IMG/VR virus record: IMGVR_UViG_3300037466_001520
DNA from: a virus
Lineage: Duplodnaviria > Heunggongvirae > Uroviricota > Caudoviricetes
Length of the DNA: 19,911 nt
Strand: one strand, 5' to 3'
Shown here in pieces: positions 15,826-19,911 of the stretch. Position 1 is the stretch's first letter. Each line of letters starts with the position of its first letter. The translations under genes were made by a program, and so were the position numbers. Under the pieces are notes generated by a model. That model saw only the letters and a list, made by a program, of their open reading frames with translations, was not told the DNA's origin and searched no databases.

Positions 15826-17820
15826 ATGACTGTCTTCGCAGAAGTAGACACTGTAGATAATAACAAGGTAGCCATCACCGGCTTCCAGTGGATGCACACA
15901 GAGCTGCTCAAGGCTCTCCCGTCCGCCCAGTTCAACAAGAAGGGCGACTTCTTCACCATCGCCAAGACGTGGCCGACATGCCTCGCGCTCGCGAACGACT
16001 TCCCCGGCCAGCTCCAGATCGGCCCGAAGCTCAACGACTGGATGGCGGCAGAGTACGGTCGGCGCATCGCACCCGCCTTCGCCATGCGCGATGTGACGAG
16101 CAGCGACGTGGGGTACGAACGGCTCTTCCCGCACCAGCGGGCGGACGTCCAGTTCCTCGCCACAGCCGAGCGGGCGATCCTCGCCAACGGCCTCGGCTCG
16201 GGGAAGACCCAGTCGGTCTTCTCGACCGTGCGCTGGCTCGGGGAGCAGATGGAGAAGGACGTCTTCCCGGTGCTCGTGATTTGCCCGAACTCTACCAAGT
16301 TTTCGTGGGCTCGCGAGATCGAGCAGGTCTGGCCGGGTCTCCGAGTGACCGTCATCGACGGCTCTGCGACCCAGCGGGCCAAGCAGTTCGCCGTCGCCAA
16401 GGGGGGCACCTCGATCCCGTGTCCGGTGCACGCTCCGGTCGACGTCGTCGAGGCTCCCAAGCCCAAGAGCAAGAAGAAGCCCGTCGAGCCCGTGTGCATG
16501 TGCGGGAGCCACGTCGTGGTCATCAACTGGGATGCGCTCAGGCACCACTCCCGGCTCAAGGCGTACGGACACATCGCGCTCAAGAAGTGCCCCGAGCACG
16601 GAGGCCTCGACACCAAGGTCAAGGCTTCCGCGTGCGAGGTGCATCCGAAGGAGCTGAACGGGATCGACTTCAAGCTGGTCATCGCCGACGAGGCGCACCG
16701 TATGATCGACCCGTCCTCGAAGGTCGCCAGAGCGGCCAAGGCGGCAGCAGGGAAGGCACGCTACCGCTACGCGCTCACCGGCACGCCGATCTCGTCGACC
16801 CCGGACGACCTCTTCTCGATCCTCAACTTCCTCGACCCCGAAGCCTACCCGTCGAAGGTCAAGTACCTCGCGCGATACTGCGAGACCCACTTCGACGCAT
16901 GGGGCAACACGGTCGTGTCCGGGATCAAGAACGACAAGCGGATCGAGTTCTTCCAAGGCCTCGACCCGATCCTGCGCCGCATGCCTAAGGAGGTCATCCT
17001 CCCGTTCCTGCCACCGGTCCTTCGTGTCCGCCGCGACGTCGAGCTGTCGGCGAAGCAGCAGAAGGCCTACACGCAGATGCAGGAACAGATGATCGCCGAG
17101 CTGAACGGCGAGGTCATCTCGACCACTTCTCCGCTCGTGAAGATGACACGCATGCTCCAGCTCGCCTCCGCCTACGGCGAGGTCGAGTACCGGCAGGTCG
17201 TCAACAAGAAGACGAAGAAGCTTGAGGAGAAGGCCTTCGTCAGGCTCTCGGACCCGTCCTGCAAGCTCGACGCGCTCATGGAAGACCTCCCGGACTACGG
17301 CGAGGACTCGCTCGTGATCTTCACGGTCTCCAGCCAGCTCGCGAACATGCTCAGCGCGCGCCTGACCAAGGCCGGGCACGCCCACGGGCTCATCACCGGA
17401 GATCAGGATGCCATGGAGCGCCAGCGCCACATGGACAATTTCCAGAACGGTTTGACGAAATACATCGTCGTCACCGTCGACGCGGGAGGCACGGGCATCA
17501 CGCTCACCAAGGCGCGCGTGGCCGTCTTCCTCCAGCGCTCGTGGTCGATGATCGTGAACTTGCAGGCCGAGGGCCGTGTGCACCGCATCGGCTCGGAGCA
17601 GCACGAGAGCATTCAGATTGTCGACTACGTCGCGACCGGGACCTCCGAGGAGACCGTCTTCGACGCCATCGAGCAGAAGGGGCGCAGCCTCCAAGAGATC
17701 CTCCGGGACAAGGCGCTGATCGACAAGTTCGTCTCCGGACAGAAGATCGACGTCTCGCAGTTCCCCATCGAGGAGGACCACCTCGAACACGACGCCATCG
17801 ACTTCGACGACGTCGCCTAA
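15826..17820 (+). CDS. SNF2-family (SF2) DNA helicase/translocase, 664 aa
   Basis: Q-motif-like LFPHQ, motif I LANGLGSGKT, Ia LVICPNSTKFSW, II IADEAH, III LTGTP, V GGTGITLTKA and VI QAEGRVHRIG. Confidence 0.93.
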   Translation: MTVFAEVDTVDNNKVAITGFQWMHTELLKALPSAQFNKKGDFFTIAKTWPTCLALANDFPGQLQIGPKLNDWMAAEYGRRIAPAFAMRDVTSSDVGYERLFPHQRADVQFLATAERAILANGLGSGKTQSVFSTVRWLGEQMEKDVFPVLVICPNSTKFSWAREIEQVWPGLRVTVIDGSATQRAKQFAVAKGGTSIPCPVHAPVDVVEAPKPKSKKKPVEPVCMCGSHVVVINWDALRHHSRLKAYGHIALKKCPEHGGLDTKVKASACEVHPKELNGIDFKLVIADEAHRMIDPSSKVARAAKAAAGKARYRYALTGTPISSTPDDLFSILNFLDPEAYPSKVKYLARYCETHFDAWGNTVVSGIKNDKRIEFFQGLDPILRRMPKEVILPFLPPVLRVRRDVELSAKQQKAYTQMQEQMIAELNGEVISTTSPLVKMTRMLQLASAYGEVEYRQVVNKKTKKLEEKAFVRLSDPSCKLDALMEDLPDYGEDSLVIFTVSSQLANMLSARLTKAGHAHGLITGDQDAMERQRHMDNFQNGLTKYIVVTVDAGGTGITLTKARVAVFLQRSWSMIVNLQAEGRVHRIGSEQHESIQIVDYVATGTSEETVFDAIEQKGRSLQEILRDKALIDKFVSGQKIDVSQFPIEEDHLEHDAIDFDDVA

Positions 17821-17838
17821 GAAGAAAGATCGAACTCT

Positions 17839-18663
17839 ATGAACAATTCTGGAGCTTACGAGATCCTCCTCGCCGAGGTCTACGACGTTGCGAACGCGAA
17901 GGAGGATCGCACCGGGACCGGGACCATCAGCGTCTTCGGACGCCAGATCCGCTACAACCTCTCCGAGGGCTTCCCGCTCATCACGAGCAAGAAGGTGCAC
18001 TGGAAGTCGATTGCCATCGAGCTTCTCTGGTTCCTCCGGGGAGACGGGAATACACGGTTCCTTGAAGAGAACGGGGTCACAATCTGGCGAGAGTGGGCCG
18101 ACGAGTACGGCAACCTCGGCCCGGTCTACGGGGTGCAGTGGCGCAGTTGGTGGGGCGGGGACCACTTCTACGTCGACCAGATCGCTCAGGTGATCGAGTC
18201 GATCAAGACCAACCCGGACTCGCGCCGCCACATCGTCTCGGCGTGGAACGTCGGAGAGATCGACGAAATGGCGCTCCCGCCCTGCCATGCGTTCTTCCAG
18301 TTCTACGTCGAGCCCCTGAGGGCCGGTGAGGAGCGCCGTAGGCTCTCCTGCCAGCTCTACCAGCGGTCGGCTGACATGTTCCTCGGGGTGCCTTTCAATA
18401 TCGCCTCATACGCGCTCCTGACGCACATGATCGCCCAGCAGACGGACCTCGACGTCGGGGAGTTCGTCTGGACCGGTGGTGACGTGCACATCTACACCAA
18501 CCACCTCCCTCAGGTCTCCGAGCAGCTCGGGCGCACCCTCCGCTCGCTCCCGGAGCTTGTGATCAAGCGCAAGCCCGAGTCCATCGACGACTACACCTTC
18601 GAGGACTTCGAGATCGTTGGATATGACCCCCACCCGGCGATCAAGGGAGCCGTCGCGGTATGA
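17839..18663 (+). CDS. thyA: Thymidylate synthase ThyA, 274 aa
   Basis: [34 protein letters not shown], catalytic [24 protein letters not shown] and GDVHIY.NH. Confidence 0.97.
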   Translation: MNNSGAYEILLAEVYDVANAKEDRTGTGTISVFGRQIRYNLSEGFPLITSKKVHWKSIAIELLWFLRGDGNTRFLEENGVTIWREWADEYGNLGPVYGVQWRSWWGGDHFYVDQIAQVIESIKTNPDSRRHIVSAWNVGEIDEMALPPCHAFFQFYVEPLRAGEERRRLSCQLYQRSADMFLGVPFNIASYALLTHMIAQQTDLDVGEFVWTGGDVHIYTNHLPQVSEQLGRTLRSLPELVIKRKPESIDDYTFEDFEIVGYDPHPAIKGAVAV

Positions 18664-19187
18664 GACTCGGGCTGATCTGGGCACAGGCGAATGGTAGGGT
18701 GATCGGGAACGAGGGCAAGCTCCCTTGGCACCTTCCCGAGGATCTACAGAACTTCGCCATCGTCACGGGCGGCTGTCCTGTCATCATGGGTCGGCGCACT
18801 TGGGATTCGCTTCCCGAGTCGCGCCGCCCCCTGCCGGGACGCTACAACATCGTCCTCTCGCGCCAGCGCGTCTGGACTCGGGACGACATGGAGCCAATCG
18901 TACTCCCCGACGTCACGGTCCGGTCGATCCTCGACGCTCTCGTCGAGGCCAACAGGCAGACCGACGACATCGCGTGGGTCATCGGCGGGGAGCAGATCTA
19001 CAAGGAAGCCCTGCCCTACGCGGACACCGCCATCGTCACCAATGTCTACACCGACGTGGAGGGCGATGCCTTCGCTCCCGAGCTAGGGGACAACTGGGCT
19101 CTGAACGACTGGACGCCCGTCCGCTGGTCATCGACGGGCCTCCGGTACCGGATCGCCCAGTTTGACAGAATACGCAGTGTCTACTAA
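18660..19187 (+). CDS. folA: Dihydrofolate reductase, 175 aa
   Basis: ATGA overlap with thyA. Motifs LIWAQ...[47 protein letters not shown] and GDAFAP. Confidence 0.95.
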   Translation: MRLGLIWAQANGRVIGNEGKLPWHLPEDLQNFAIVTGGCPVIMGRRTWDSLPESRRPLPGRYNIVLSRQRVWTRDDMEPIVLPDVTVRSILDALVEANRQTDDIAWVIGGEQIYKEALPYADTAIVTNVYTDVEGDAFAPELGDNWALNDWTPVRWSSTGLRYRIAQFDRIRSVY

Positions 19188-19190
19188 GAT
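19162..19190 (+). promoter_or_regulatory. Consensus SigA/sigma70 promoter TTGACA-N17-TAAGAT
   Basis: TTGACA at 19162-19167, 17-bp spacer, TAAGAT at 19185-19190. The ATG follows 7 nt later at 19198. Confidence 0.7.
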
Positions 19191-19197
19191 GGAAGCA

Positions 19198-19911
19198 ATG
19201 CAACACGTGATCGAGCCCGTTCTCGGGCGGCACCCGGAGAGGGTGTCAATCTCCAACTCTGAGATCCAAACCTTCAAGCAGTGCCGCCGCAAGTGGTGGC
19301 TCGGAAACTACCGGGGGCTCCAGCCCAAGGAAGAGAACTTCTCGGGACCGCTCCCTCTCGGGACCCGCGTCCACAACGCTCTGGAAGCACATTACCGGGA
19401 CGGCGTCAACGTCGTCGAGGAATACACCCGACTCCAGAACGCCGACAACATCCGCTTCACCCAGTCGGAGAAGGCTACCTTCCCTGCCGAGGTGAAGAAG
19501 TTCGAGTCGGAGTCCGAGCTTGGCCGGATCATGGTCGAGGGCTACGCGGAGTGGGAGGCCGAGAACAACTCGGACGTCGCGTTCGAGGTCATCGGAGCCG
19601 AGAAGAAGCTCTCTCACGTGCTGGAATCCCAGCCCCGGGTGGAGATCATCGGCAAGGTCGACCTCCGCGTCAGAAGGCGCTCAGACGGCTCTCGCGCCGT
19701 GCTGGACCACAAGACGACGAAGAGCTTCGACGACTACTACCGGCATTCGCACGCCTCCGAGCAGCTCATGACCTATACCAACCTTGAGCGGCTGAACCCC
19801 GACGAGGACTCCAAGGTCGACGGCGGGATCTACAACCTGCTCAAGAAGGTCAAGCGCTCTGGCACCGCCAAGCCTCCGTTCTACGACCGGATCGACGTCC
19901 GCTTCAACAAG
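19198..19911 (+). CDS. PD-(D/E)XK exonuclease, Cas4/RecB-like (3'-truncated; not in the ORF track)
   Basis: My translation begins MQHVIEPVLGRHPERVSISNSEIQTFKQCRRKWWL...GTRVHNALEAHY...EVIGAEKKL...GKVDLRV...VLDHKT...QLMTY. The frame is open to the window end. Confidence 0.9.
   Translation, partial: MQHVIEPVLGRHPERVSISNSEIQTFKQCRRKWWLGNYRGLQPKEENFSGPLPLGTRVHNALEAHYRDGVNVVEEYTRLQNADNIRFTQSEKATFPAEVKKFESESELGRIMVEGYAEWEAENNSDVAFEVIGAEKKLSHVLESQPRVEIIGKVDLRVRRRSDGSRAVLDHKTTKSFDDYYRHSHASEQLMTYTNLERLNPDEDSKVDGGIYNLLKKVKRSGTAKPPFYDRIDVRFNK

Noticed and set aside
15751-18288. 845-aa minus-strand ORF, plus other long antisense or alternate-frame ORFs (e.g. 14069-15148, 3590-4447, 7970-8716, 7067-8251)
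   Set aside because: These are shadows of GC3-biased genes. They overlap well-supported CDSs, show Arg/Gly/Val/Leu-biased composition, and carry no motifs.
17839-18663. Base-modifying dCMP/dUMP hydroxymethylase
   Set aside because: The Asn of PFNIASY (dUMP specificity) is retained, the sequence is canonical ThyA, and it is coupled to DHFR as expected for dTMP synthesis.
13454-18663. Introns or inteins in polA, helicase or thyA
   Set aside because: The ORFs are continuous with normal motif spacing. There are no C/S...HN intein ends or homing-endonuclease motifs.
19198-19911. CRISPR-Cas system implied by a Cas4-like nuclease
   Set aside because: No repeat-spacer array or other cas genes are present. 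Stand-alone PD-(D/E)XK exonucleases are routine in phage replication modules.
1-19911. tRNA, rRNA, integrase or transposon features
   Set aside because: Intergenic gaps are at most 74 bp. I saw no cloverleaf, recombinase or transposase motifs, or terminal inverted repeats.

Overview
This is a gene-dense, high-GC tailed-phage segment with every supported gene on the + strand. It is most consistent with an actinobacteriophage siphovirus; that is an inference from GC-rich codon use, actinophage-type tail motifs and an actinobacterial-like ThyA. Positions 1-11963 form a tail module: the tape measure C-terminus, a Dit-like protein, a minor tail protein, a Tal/hub-like protein, and a 2478-aa mosaic tail fibre. 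The fibre contains an FN3 domain, a coiled coil, several repeat families, about five putative carbohydrate-binding modules and a lower-GC tip. Positions 12038-13454 hold three unannotated ORFs: a 60-aa ORF, a Zn-finger-like protein, and a possible catalytically dead kinase/UDG-fold protein. Positions 13454-19911 form a replication and nucleotide module: family A DNA polymerase, RuvC-like resolvase, SNF2-type helicase, ThyA, DHFR, and a PD-(D/E)XK exonuclease that runs off the end and is missing from the ORF track. I found no tRNA, CRISPR array, integrase, reverse transcriptase, intron or intein. The most interesting points are the nested and codon-scrambled architecture of the fibre, the putative pseudo-enzyme coupled to the polymerase, a candidate -1 frameshift, and SigA-type promoter elements built from upstream stop codons. 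All domain assignments come from motif recognition by eye; no searches were run.
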